Of a stretch of 36,328 bases of DNA, positions 1 to 7,495 are shown one piece after another. A program made the translations under genes and the position numbers. The DNA lies in assembly GCA_964360675.1 (NCBI GenBank), contig CAYHXT010000003.1, positions 1 through 36,328 of the forward strand, in the 5' to 3' direction. This DNA comes from an uncultured Methanosarcinales archaeon. GTDB lineage: Archaea > Nanobdellota > Nanobdellia > Woesearchaeales > GW2011-AR9. The first letter of the stretch is position 1. Each line of letters opens with the position of its first letter. A model generated the notes under the pieces. That model was not told where the DNA came from, made no database searches, and worked only from the letters and a program-made list of their open reading frames with translations.

Positions 1-76
1 ATACTGCTCCATTACGGATTCGTTCGGCGATTTCAGTATAACGCAGGCGAAGTTCTGTTTTAGTAAGAGTTTCCAT
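1..76 (-). CDS. 5' end of a CDS running off the window, possibly Sua5/TsaC threonylcarbamoyl-AMP synthase
   Basis: ATG at 76 opens METLTKTELRLRYTEIAERIRNGAV... to the window edge. The end resembles the segment preceding PTDTVYG in Sua5, but only 25 codons are visible. Confidence 0.35.
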   Translation of the reverse strand, partial: METLTKTELRLRYTEIAERIRNGAV

Positions 77-132
77 TAAGAAATAAAGTTTCTTCTTTAT
101 TTATAATTGTTATGCGAATAAATCTTTAAAAT

Positions 133-894
133 TTAAAGTAAGAACATAGAACTATGGAATCCACAATAATAAGAATACGGGGCGGTTTCCTTATTCATTT
201 TTGCAAAGAATACATATCCTTTCTCTAAAATATATTTCTCTTTTTGTAATTGTACGTTAACCGCCCAAGCAGTTTCTATCGCTTTTCCTTTAGCAAAAAT
301 AAAAAAAGTCTCTGTCTTTTTATCAATAATCTCTTTAGTCCTGCTTTTTATAATTTCTATATTATCTTCATTTTTTATAAAGATAGTGATCTCTTTCCAC
401 TTAAAAATTAAATCTTCAAATTCATTATTTAAGTCTTCCTGACAATATTTCTGTTTCTCTTTAAGTTCAATCAAATGATCTAATATGGGCCTTATAACTC
501 CTTCAGTAACCATTTCAATTAGTCTTAATCCGATTAATTTTTTGTTTTTGTAGATTTGGTCTTTAATCTCTTTTACTTTATCGATTTCCTTCTTTTGTTC
601 TAAATTAATAATGTACAAACCAGTTCTTATAACATCTATGCCCCAATGATTTTTTAAAATTCTTTTGAAATCGGTGTAAATGGATTTTTCTGCTAGTTTT
701 TTTAGGGTATAAACTTCATCCTTGTTTGGGACAAATCCATATTTACCTTCATTATTTTTATTCCTTATGATCCCATATACTTTTTCTAATTGCGGTTTAC
801 TTAATTTTACAAGAATTCCCGATGCGACTAACCATTTAAGAAACTCGGGGAGAGTCAATTCAATCGCTTTTTGAATTATTTCTTCAATTACCAT
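133..894 (-). CDS. Hypothetical protein, 253 aa, possible C-terminal Alba-like domain
   Basis: Long ORF in visibly AT-rich DNA that overlaps the upstream 83-aa ORF. ETFFIFAKGKAIETAWAV resembles the Alba/Rpp20 beta2-alpha2 motif. Confidence 0.7.
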   Translation of the reverse strand: MVIEEIIQKAIELTLPEFLKWLVASGILVKLSKPQLEKVYGIIRNKNNEGKYGFVPNKDEVYTLKKLAEKSIYTDFKRILKNHWGIDVIRTGLYIINLEQKKEIDKVKEIKDQIYKNKKLIGLRLIEMVTEGVIRPILDHLIELKEKQKYCQEDLNNEFEDLIFKWKEITIFIKNEDNIEIIKSRTKEIIDKKTETFFIFAKGKAIETAWAVNVQLQKEKYILEKGYVFFAKMNKETAPYSYYCGFHSSMFLL

Positions 895-1135
895 TTTCCT
901 TTAACTCTTCTTTTTCTCTTAGAAGTTTACTTATAGTTAAAGGAGTAGTATCTACAATTTTAAGAGAACCGGGAATCAGTGAAGCATTTTCTAATTTAAT
1001 CGGTCTTCGGGTCTCATTCGAAATTAATGGTTCATTGAGTAAATAATCTATAATAACTCCTTCTTCATTAACCTCAAAATTATAAGCTCTTAATAAGAGT
1101 TTTTTTTCTTCAACCCCTATCTCTTCGTATTCCAT
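884..1135 (-). CDS. Small hypothetical protein, 83 aa
   Basis: ATG start with TATA-like TTTATATA (minus strand) at about 1162-1169. Overlaps the downstream ORF by 11 nt. Confidence 0.65.
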   Translation of the reverse strand: MEYEEIGVEEKKLLLRAYNFEVNEEGVIIDYLLNEPLISNETRRPIKLENASLIPGSLKIVDTTPLTISKLLREKEELKENGN

Positions 1136-1231
1136 GTGTTTACCTTGTATAAATTCTCTAAATATATAAACCTATTTCCTTATCACACTTAATTGGTTAT
1201 GATTTCTTGAACTCCTTTTTTAAATGTTTCT

Positions 1232-1261
1232 AAAAAAAAAACGTGGCCGTTTCCGGCCACG
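1232..1261 (-). terminator. GC-rich hairpin plus U10 tract (intrinsic-terminator architecture)
   Basis: Minus strand reads CGTGGCCG-GAAA-CGGCCACG followed by 10 T: a perfect 8-bp stem with a GNRA loop. Confidence 0.75.
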
Positions 1262-1284
1262 AAAAAGGTGGTAAGGTGTGTGGA

Positions 1285-1410
1285 CTAAGAAATAGCGTAA
1301 TAGCAATCAAAATCATCTATGAACATCTGCTTGTTCTGTTTCTGCACCGGCTCTTCGTACTTTTGCATAAGGTACAAAATCCTGTCTCGTATATTGTTTA
1401 TGTTATTCAT
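1285..1410 (-). CDS. Small peptide B, 41 aa (MNNINNIRDRILYLMQKYEEPVQKQNKQMFIDDFDCYYAIS)
   Basis: Hand translation. Strong SD GGGGGTGG upstream and TAATG stop/start overlap with peptide A. Confidence 0.6.
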   Translation of the reverse strand: MNNINNIRDRILYLMQKYEEPVQKQNKQMFIDDFDCYYAIS

Positions 1411-1535
1411 TATAACCACCCCCCGCTTAGTTGGTAATCAAAAGAATCTTCCTTGGTCATGACCGTTTTTTGGGTCAGTTCCCGCACCTGCCTTTCAAAC
1501 AATTGTTGAATTGTTTCTGTCGTAAGATCCATCAT
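1410..1535 (-). CDS. Small peptide A, 41 aa (MMDLTTETIQQLFERQVRELTQKTVMTKEDSFDYQLSGGWL)
   Basis: Hand translation. SD GAGGTGG 8 nt upstream of the ATG, coupled to peptide B. Confidence 0.6.
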   Translation of the reverse strand: MMDLTTETIQQLFERQVRELTQKTVMTKEDSFDYQLSGGWL

Positions 1536-1642
1536 GGTTTATACCACCTCGTTTTTTTATCATAAAAATGAGGTCAAAAGGACAATGTCCTTTGCTCACC
1601 TCGTTTTTTGATAAAGAATTGATGTTAGGATTTGTTTATATA
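1536..1642 (-). promoter_or_regulatory. TATA box and structured 5' leader of the two-peptide unit
   Basis: TATATAAA at 1642-1635 (minus). A 13-mer containing the SD is duplicated at 1545-1557 and 1597-1609, with a complementary copy at 1564-1574 and an inner hairpin at 1577-1593. Confidence 0.55.
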
Positions 1643-1729
1643 GAAGACCCGGACTTGTCTAGTGCGGGAGTGGATAATCTAAAGAGCTCAAAAATCTTAA
1701 ATTTTTAGTAATTAAGCCTTATTAGCGTT

Positions 1730-1752
1730 TGTCCAGTGGTTGTCCAGTGGTC
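1730..1752. repeat. 11-bp tandem repeat (TGTCCAGTGGT)x2
   Basis: Direct reading: ttgtccagtggttgtccagtggt. A variant, ttgtctagtg, lies near 1656. Confidence 0.7.
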
Positions 1753-1787
1753 ATGGAAGAAATTTTAAAAATGTAAACTATTTCAGT

Positions 1788-2168
1788 TCATTTAACCAAA
1801 ACGCCGTTCAGAGCAGCTTCCTGTCCAGGCCGTGAAGTAATCCTGACTTTTCCCAGCTTTGTTTCCACGATAGCTCCCTTGGTGATAATGTTTCTTCTTA
1901 CCAGATGGGGGTTGGCAGGATTTCCGACTACATTAAGAATCCCAACTTTAGTGGCTTTTCCCTTATTATCACAAACGTTAACGTTGCTGGCAGTCAGAAG
2001 AGAATGTTTAGTCCGTCCGCCGCGTATTCTGGTAGTTTTTACTTTCCGTTCTTTCTCTAATTTAGTATTGACAGGAAAGCCGGCTAATTCGCGCAGCCTT
2101 TTAGTTCTGGTATAATGGTACCTGCCGCCGGACGGTTTCCGGTTGGATCTTCGTTGTGAACGTGCCAT
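1788..2168 (-). CDS. rps8e: 30S ribosomal protein S8e
   Basis: S8e motifs RKPSGGR, RIRGG, NPANPHLVRRNIITKGAIVET and RITSRPGQ; 126 aa. Confidence 0.97.
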   Translation of the reverse strand: MARSQRRSNRKPSGGRYHYTRTKRLRELAGFPVNTKLEKERKVKTTRIRGGRTKHSLLTASNVNVCDNKGKATKVGILNVVGNPANPHLVRRNIITKGAIVETKLGKVRITSRPGQEAALNGVLVK

Positions 2169-2220
2169 GGTAAGTTAGATTAAGGGTTGATTTTTAAATA
2201 TTTCTACTATTTACAGCAGA

Positions 2221-2547
2221 TTAAAACAAATCATCGTCAATCATATCGGAATCTGGAATGGGCTCCAAATCTAAATCAAGGGGGTCGTACATTTGCTTTT
2301 GCTGCGGTTCTCTTCCCCAAACCAGCGAGTAATAAATCGGCCTTAAAATATCCCGCGGTTCCGGATACAAGACGCGCACATTTCTCATTACGTATCTCAG
2401 AGGCATTTCCTCCTCTTCTACGAATGTTCCCAGCGCTGAACAGCGAATTCCCGTTTCGTCGTCCCAGATAGTTAAATATTCCGGCTCTTCCGGAACAAAT
2501 TTTACTTTTTCAGTGATAGATATTTTTTCAATAATGCGCACCATCAT
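2221..2547 (-). CDS. Hypothetical protein with acidic C-terminal tail, coupled to lonB
   Basis: ATGA overlap with the lonB stop; ends [13 protein letters not shown]. Confidence 0.65.
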   Translation of the reverse strand: MMVRIIEKISITEKVKFVPEEPEYLTIWDDETGIRCSALGTFVEEEEMPLRYVMRNVRVLYPEPRDILRPIYYSLVWGREPQQKQMYDPLDLDLEPIPDSDMIDDDLF

Positions 2548-4418
2548 TTTTTTCTATGGAATATTTTTTCTTTCAATTTCTTATTCCCATTCCAATCTAA
2601 AGCATATTCCATCACCTCTTCAATAGTCTCTACTGGGATAATTTTTACTTTTACTAATTTCTCTTCATCGATAACAATATCCTGAAGGTTTGATTTAGGA
2701 ACAATGACCGTTTTCATACCTGCATCGATAGCTGCTTCAACCTTGGAAGAAACGCCGCCGACCGGAAGAACTTCTCCGCGGACCGACAGCGAACCGGTCA
2801 TAGCCACGTCTTGTTTTATGGGGATTTCTTTCAATGCAGATATGATAGCTGTCGCCACGGCAATGGAAGCTGAATCTCCTTCCACTCCTTCATGGGTCTG
2901 AAGGAATTGCACGAAAATGTCTTTCGTTTCTTTAATGTCTTCTCCAAAATATTTTTGGATTATGGCAGAAACGTTCTTAATTGCTTCCTTAGCGATTTCG
3001 CCGAGTTTTCCAGTAGCAATAATCTCTGATTTCTTCCCGCCGGGAGTCACTTCCGCTTCTATCGGCAATAAAATACCGGAATAGGCAGAACCTCCGCCGA
3101 TAACTGCCAACCCATTGACTCTTCCGACACGCAAGCCAGTGGTAATGATAACTTCGTATTCTTTCTTGCGTTCAATATATTTATCAGCCATCTGCTGTTC
3201 TAAAGGCCGGGCCAGTATTTTTGCTTTCTTGACGTGCTCCTTAGTAGCTAACCCTGCTTCTTCTTCTTTAGCTAAGTCGCCGGCAGCCCGAACTAATCCG
3301 CCCAGGCCGCGCAAATGCAATGTAAGGCGCCCTTTATGATTGGCTCTCCTTCGCGCTTCTTCTATAATTGCTTTCAGCGCAGAAAGATCAAAATGGGGAA
3401 TTTTTCCTTCTTCTTTTTTAATTTCCTGAGCGACGAAACGCGCGATCTTAGCCCGGTTCTCTTTAGTATCGGGCATGGTTTCATTCATGTATACTTCATA
3501 CCCATATCCTCTGATTCTGGAACGCAGGGCCGGATGCATATTCTTGATAGTTTCAGGATTTCCTGCGGCGACCAAAATAAAATCGCAGGGCACCGGTTCG
3601 GTTCTTACCATGGCGCCGGCAGAGCGTTCAGACTGTCCGGTGATGGGAAATTTTTTTTCCTGCAAGGCAGAAAGCATTTCTTGCTGCGTTCTGGGATGAA
3701 GCGTGGCGATTTCGTCGACGAACAATACTCCCTTGTGCGCTTTATGGATCATTCCAGCTACGACACGCTGGTTTGCCGGAGTTCCTAATCCCCCCGATTG
3801 AAACGGATCGTGCAGTACGTCGCCTAGCAATGCTCCTGCGTGTGCGCCGGTAGCATCAAAGAATGGCTCTTGTTTTTTGTCAAAATTGTCTACGATAACT
3901 TTCGGGGCGATAACTTTAGATGTTTGGAACATTCTCGGCCCCATATTTACAGATATGGCAAATCCAGCAAGAAACATCATGCCGCCTAAGAAAAAAGCGG
4001 TAAACATCAAATCAGATTGATAATGGTAGCGGATCCACCAAGGCGCAATGAAAGTTATGATAGCGACGATGAACAGCAGAAAACTATTATTTTTCATAGA
4101 TTTATTAGAATCCAACTGATAACTTAATGCTTCTTCTCTTCCCTTTCCGGCAGGCAGGGTTTTGATGTAAGGATTATTTTCATCATTAGGGTTGGGGTAA
4201 GCGAGAATATCTTTCAAGTCAGATTTGGGAAGAAGTTCGGCTAAAGCCATGCCCAGCATGGATTTCCCGGTTCCTGGCTCGCCTATCAATAAGACGTGCC
4301 GGCGCTGCAGTGCAGCTTTTTTAATGATTTTAACTGCTTCTTCCTGGCCCAGAACTTGGTCTACTATTTTCCCGGGTACTTTTATGTTCTTAGTGGTGAT
4401 ATTTTTAGCTGATTCCAT
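2544..4418 (-). CDS. lonB: Archaeal membrane-anchored ATP-dependent Lon protease (LonB)
   Basis: Walker A GEPGTGKS, two TM helices inserted in the AAA domain, Walker B VLFVDEI, catalytic EGDSAS Ser and Lys in VSSKVEAA. Start placed at ATG 4418 (ORF track TTG at 4445). Confidence 0.96.
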   Translation of the reverse strand: MESAKNITTKNIKVPGKIVDQVLGQEEAVKIIKKAALQRRHVLLIGEPGTGKSMLGMALAELLPKSDLKDILAYPNPNDENNPYIKTLPAGKGREEALSYQLDSNKSMKNNSFLLFIVAIITFIAPWWIRYHYQSDLMFTAFFLGGMMFLAGFAISVNMGPRMFQTSKVIAPKVIVDNFDKKQEPFFDATGAHAGALLGDVLHDPFQSGGLGTPANQRVVAGMIHKAHKGVLFVDEIATLHPRTQQEMLSALQEKKFPITGQSERSAGAMVRTEPVPCDFILVAAGNPETIKNMHPALRSRIRGYGYEVYMNETMPDTKENRAKIARFVAQEIKKEEGKIPHFDLSALKAIIEEARRRANHKGRLTLHLRGLGGLVRAAGDLAKEEEAGLATKEHVKKAKILARPLEQQMADKYIERKKEYEVIITTGLRVGRVNGLAVIGGGSAYSGILLPIEAEVTPGGKKSEIIATGKLGEIAKEAIKNVSAIIQKYFGEDIKETKDIFVQFLQTHEGVEGDSASIAVATAIISALKEIPIKQDVAMTGSLSVRGEVLPVGGVSSKVEAAIDAGMKTVIVPKSNLQDIVIDEEKLVKVKIIPVETIEEVMEYALDWNGNKKLKEKIFHRKK

Positions 4419-4551
4419 ACTTCCCTTAGAACATCTATCACTCAATGGGTGTAAATTCCAGTCTTGATTTAAAAAGATTGCGGAGAAATAAAAGTTTAAG
4501 TGGTTTTGGGGATAAATAAATTAAATAGATAAATTATATTCTGCTAAGAAA

Positions 4552-4800
4552 TTAGCCGTAGAGTTTGCCGCAGCAGATGCATTCAGATTCCCCCAAGCCC
4601 CTGTACCTAATTATGGGGTGGTTGCATTCTTCTTCTGATATGTTTGCTGCTTTGTAGTTCCGGACGGCTTCTTCTTCAAGTCGGCCTATTTCTTCTCTAG
4701 CTTCAGCTACTTTTTTGTTAAGAGCCTCATAGGTTTCGTAAAGAGTGCCATAATTTTTCCAGGCTTCTAACATATCCGTGATATCCGGTAAATTTGCCAA
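4552..4800 (-). CDS. Small coiled-coil protein with C-terminal CxH...CxCC putative zinc site
   Basis: TTG start with SD GGGAGGT; ECNHPII...ECICCGK. Confidence 0.6.
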   Translation of the reverse strand: MANLPDITDMLEAWKNYGTLYETYEALNKKVAEAREEIGRLEEEAVRNYKAANISEEECNHPIIRYRGLGESECICCGKLYG

Positions 4801-4883
4801 CTTTATTCTACCTCCCTATACTGTTTTCTTTTTCACAAAATGAAGCAACTATTCATGAAAACAAACCACGATTAGTTGCACTT

Positions 4884-5615
4884 TTATGGCTTTTTAGGCT
4901 TGACCACGTTAATGAAAATTTCATCGAATTGGCCTTTCTGTTCCATCTCAATCTTCTGCTGTGTCTCCAAATGCAGCAAAGGAATAAAAGTATACACTTT
5001 CTCATGTTTTCCCGCTTTCGGCGGCAGCAATCTGGCATAAGTTAATTTCTGATCTGGATTTTTATTTGTATAGTAATTAATTTTATGGTAGATGTCACGG
5101 ATAACTTCCAAAATGTCTATCTTTCGCTGCGGCATGGAAAAACTAGTGGGGCGTTGCCTTTCCAGAATTCTTTTCTTAGTGGCCATGGCTCTCTGCAAGG
5201 CATCTACTAAATCCTCAACAGACACTTTTCTGTTTCTGGGCTGTGGATTTCTGGGTATAAGCTGCGGCTGCACAGAACCATTGGGATTGCGTAACCGCTG
5301 TTCCATCTCTTCAAACAGCTCTTCTTCAGGAATCCCTTCATTTTGATTGATCAGCTTGTCAAGGTTGGAAATGTCATTTTCCACCAAATGCGTGGCTTTG
5401 ATCCGCAATAAGACTGCGGCAGCCAACAGTATTTTTCCGGGAATTTTGAAATCGTGCTCCTGCATTTCTTTAATAATCTGAATAAATTTCTTAGCCAGAA
5501 GGGAAACGTTAATGTCCCAAGGATCCATCTGTTCAGTCTTGACTAAATCATAGATGATATTTTTCCAGTTAAGCTCATCCTGGTTTAACAGCAAATCAAA
5601 TATTTTTTCCTGCAT
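4884..5615 (-). CDS. scpA: Segregation and condensation protein A (kleisin)
   Basis: MDPWDINVSLLA, ILLAAAVLLRIKA, RKVSVEDLVDAL and C-terminal FIPLLHL...IEMEQKGQFDEI. Confidence 0.93.
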   Translation of the reverse strand: MQEKIFDLLLNQDELNWKNIIYDLVKTEQMDPWDINVSLLAKKFIQIIKEMQEHDFKIPGKILLAAAVLLRIKATHLVENDISNLDKLINQNEGIPEEELFEEMEQRLRNPNGSVQPQLIPRNPQPRNRKVSVEDLVDALQRAMATKKRILERQRPTSFSMPQRKIDILEVIRDIYHKINYYTNKNPDQKLTYARLLPPKAGKHEKVYTFIPLLHLETQQKIEMEQKGQFDEIFINVVKPKKP

Positions 5616-5791
5616 GAAGCTTAAAAATTCTCAGGAGTTTAAATGCTTATTGTTTGTATATTGTTAGTGGATAGTTTGTCGCAGGTTGATATGTTAAGCT
5701 GTGCGATTCTTCAGATATTTTCATCGAAACAGCTTCTCTTGAATAAAAATATTTAAAAAGGGGGGGCGGTCGAGATACTCTGGAAAAGAAA

Positions 5792-7222
5792 ATGGCAGGA
5801 AAATCTATCTTATCAAGAACATATGCCTTATCAAGGATATTTGTATCTAGGACATTTGTATATAGGACATTTGCCCTATCATTATGTTTGCTGTTATTTT
5901 TAACGGCGTCTTCAGCTCTGGCAGAAGATTCTATTACCCTGAATCCGATTCCTGCTTCCGGGAAAGCTCCCCTGCAGGTTATGTTCAATCTTACCGCATC
6001 GGAAGAGATCATTTCTGTAGCCTGGGATTTTGATGGAGATAGCGCTACTGACAGTTCCGAATTAGCGCCGGTTTACACTTACCTGCAGGCCGGCACGTAT
6101 GAAGTATCTGCTAATGTCACTGCCGCAAGCGGCAGCAGCGTTGTTTATTCGACGATAAAAGTAGAAGATCCTTTCAGCGTTTCCGTAATTGCCGCGCCGT
6201 CGTCAGGGATAGCGCCGTTGGAAGTTAAGTTCACTACGATTGTTTCCGGCAGCAGCCAGTTTGTTTATGCATGGGATTTCGATAACGACGGGGTTATTGA
6301 CAGCACCGAGCAAAATCCAAGCCATATTTTTGAGAATGTTGGCGATGTTTTAGTGAAATTATTGGTGCAGGACGGTGAAGAAAGAAAAGTAACTAAACCG
6401 GTGCCAATCACGGTTAGTTCTTATGAATCAAAAATAAATGTGGAATCTTATTTTCCTGTCGCGCTGCAGTTGAAAGAGAACCAAGTTACTTTTTTAGTAA
6501 CTAATGGCGGCGCAGGAGCAATCAAGGACATCAGCGCAAAAATAGTGGGGGAAGGCGTCCAGCATCTTAGTTCTACCTCTATTTCCCGCCTGAAGCCCGG
6601 CGAGCAGGATTCTCTGACCGTTAAGATGAACATCCTCCGCAGAGGGAATGTCACGGCGATGATTAAAATAGACGAAAAAATTTTTCCCGTCACTTTTACT
6701 GTTACTGGAGCAATGGAAGTGAATAAGGAGCAATTGGAATTAAAGCTTTTTGAAGTGAAAAAGAAGCTGCAGGAACAGGAAGATATGTATTATCAAAAAA
6801 AAGCAGACGATTATCTGGTGGATGAAGTATTTGACAGCATTAAAGCAGCAAAAAAACAATTGCAAGATGCGCAGCAGCAGATGCTGACCAATCATCTTGA
6901 AGAAGCGCAGGTGAATGTTGATATGGCCGGACCAGCAGTAGATGAAATCACCAGGCGTTTGGAAACAGCAATAAGGCAGGAGCAGACTATGCTATTATGG
7001 ATGAAAGAAAACGCCGTAGCTATCACTGCCATCATAGCTGCGGTCGGAACTTTGGGCGGCGTGGCTGTCAAAATTACTAAAGGCGCGAAAAAGCTTGGCG
7101 AAGATGTGAAAGACAAATTAGTTTCTAAGAAGGGCAAGGGAGAAAGCGCTGCGCATAAGAAGCCTGCGGCGGAAGAGCCTAAGGAAGAAAAAGGCGGCTC
7201 CGATGAAGGGAAGAAGGAATAA
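5792..7222 (+). CDS. Surface protein: signal peptide, two PKD domains, CARDB-like Ig domain, coiled coil and C-terminal TM anchor
   Basis: Two PxSGxAPLxVxF...WDFDxDG repeats; VTNGGAGAIKDI...LKPGEQ; hydrophobic AVAITAIIAAVGTLGGVAV followed by a Lys/Glu-rich tail. Confidence 0.85.
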   Translation: MAGKSILSRTYALSRIFVSRTFVYRTFALSLCLLLFLTASSALAEDSITLNPIPASGKAPLQVMFNLTASEEIISVAWDFDGDSATDSSELAPVYTYLQAGTYEVSANVTAASGSSVVYSTIKVEDPFSVSVIAAPSSGIAPLEVKFTTIVSGSSQFVYAWDFDNDGVIDSTEQNPSHIFENVGDVLVKLLVQDGEERKVTKPVPITVSSYESKINVESYFPVALQLKENQVTFLVTNGGAGAIKDISAKIVGEGVQHLSSTSISRLKPGEQDSLTVKMNILRRGNVTAMIKIDEKIFPVTFTVTGAMEVNKEQLELKLFEVKKKLQEQEDMYYQKKADDYLVDEVFDSIKAAKKQLQDAQQQMLTNHLEEAQVNVDMAGPAVDEITRRLETAIRQEQTMLLWMKENAVAITAIIAAVGTLGGVAVKITKGAKKLGEDVKDKLVSKKGKGESAAHKKPAAEEPKEEKGGSDEGKKE

Positions 7223-7265
7223 TCTCCGTAATATTTTTAAACAGGCTTAAATCCTTTTGCTGGAT

Positions 7266-7355
7266 GGGCTCGTGGTCTAGTGGCTATGATGCTGCCCTTA
7301 CAAGGCGGATGTCGCCGGTTCGAAATGATTGTTGACGAAAATCCGGCCGGGCCCA
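7266..7355 (+). tRNA. tRNA-Val(TAC) with a 17-nt T-loop intron (7325-7341, position 59/60)
   Basis: Acceptor GGGCTCG/CGGGCCC-A; anticodon arm CTGCC-CT-TAC-AA-GGCGG; T arm GCCGG-TTCGAA[intron]T-CCGGC with TTCG/CGAA helix and AAA/AAT bulges. Confidence 0.92.
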
Positions 7356-7404
7356 TTCATCTTTAGAAAACTTTGTGAATCTATTTTATCATCCGCAAGC
7401 CCTC

Positions 7405-7460
7405 TTTACAAGAAAATCAGCGAGAAGATAAATGGTATATACTTAGCACCTTTTTGTTAC
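7405..7460 (+). mobile_element. Internally deleted copy of the 25210-25376 IS200/IS605-type miniature element
   Basis: 7405-7422 is identical (18/18) to 25210-25227 and 7437-7460 matches 25353-25376 at 22/24. A 14-nt filler replaces both hairpins. Confidence 0.65.
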
Positions 7461-7495
7461 AAATATTTATCAATATTCTTCATTTCAACAACTGA

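Noticed and set aside
1243-1437. 64-aa + strand ORF
   Set aside because: It starts inside the terminator hairpin and is antisense to the two peptide ORFs that have SDs and coupling.
5647-6012. 121-aa minus-strand ORF
   Set aside because: Antisense shadow of the PKD protein and its promoter; no recognisable features.
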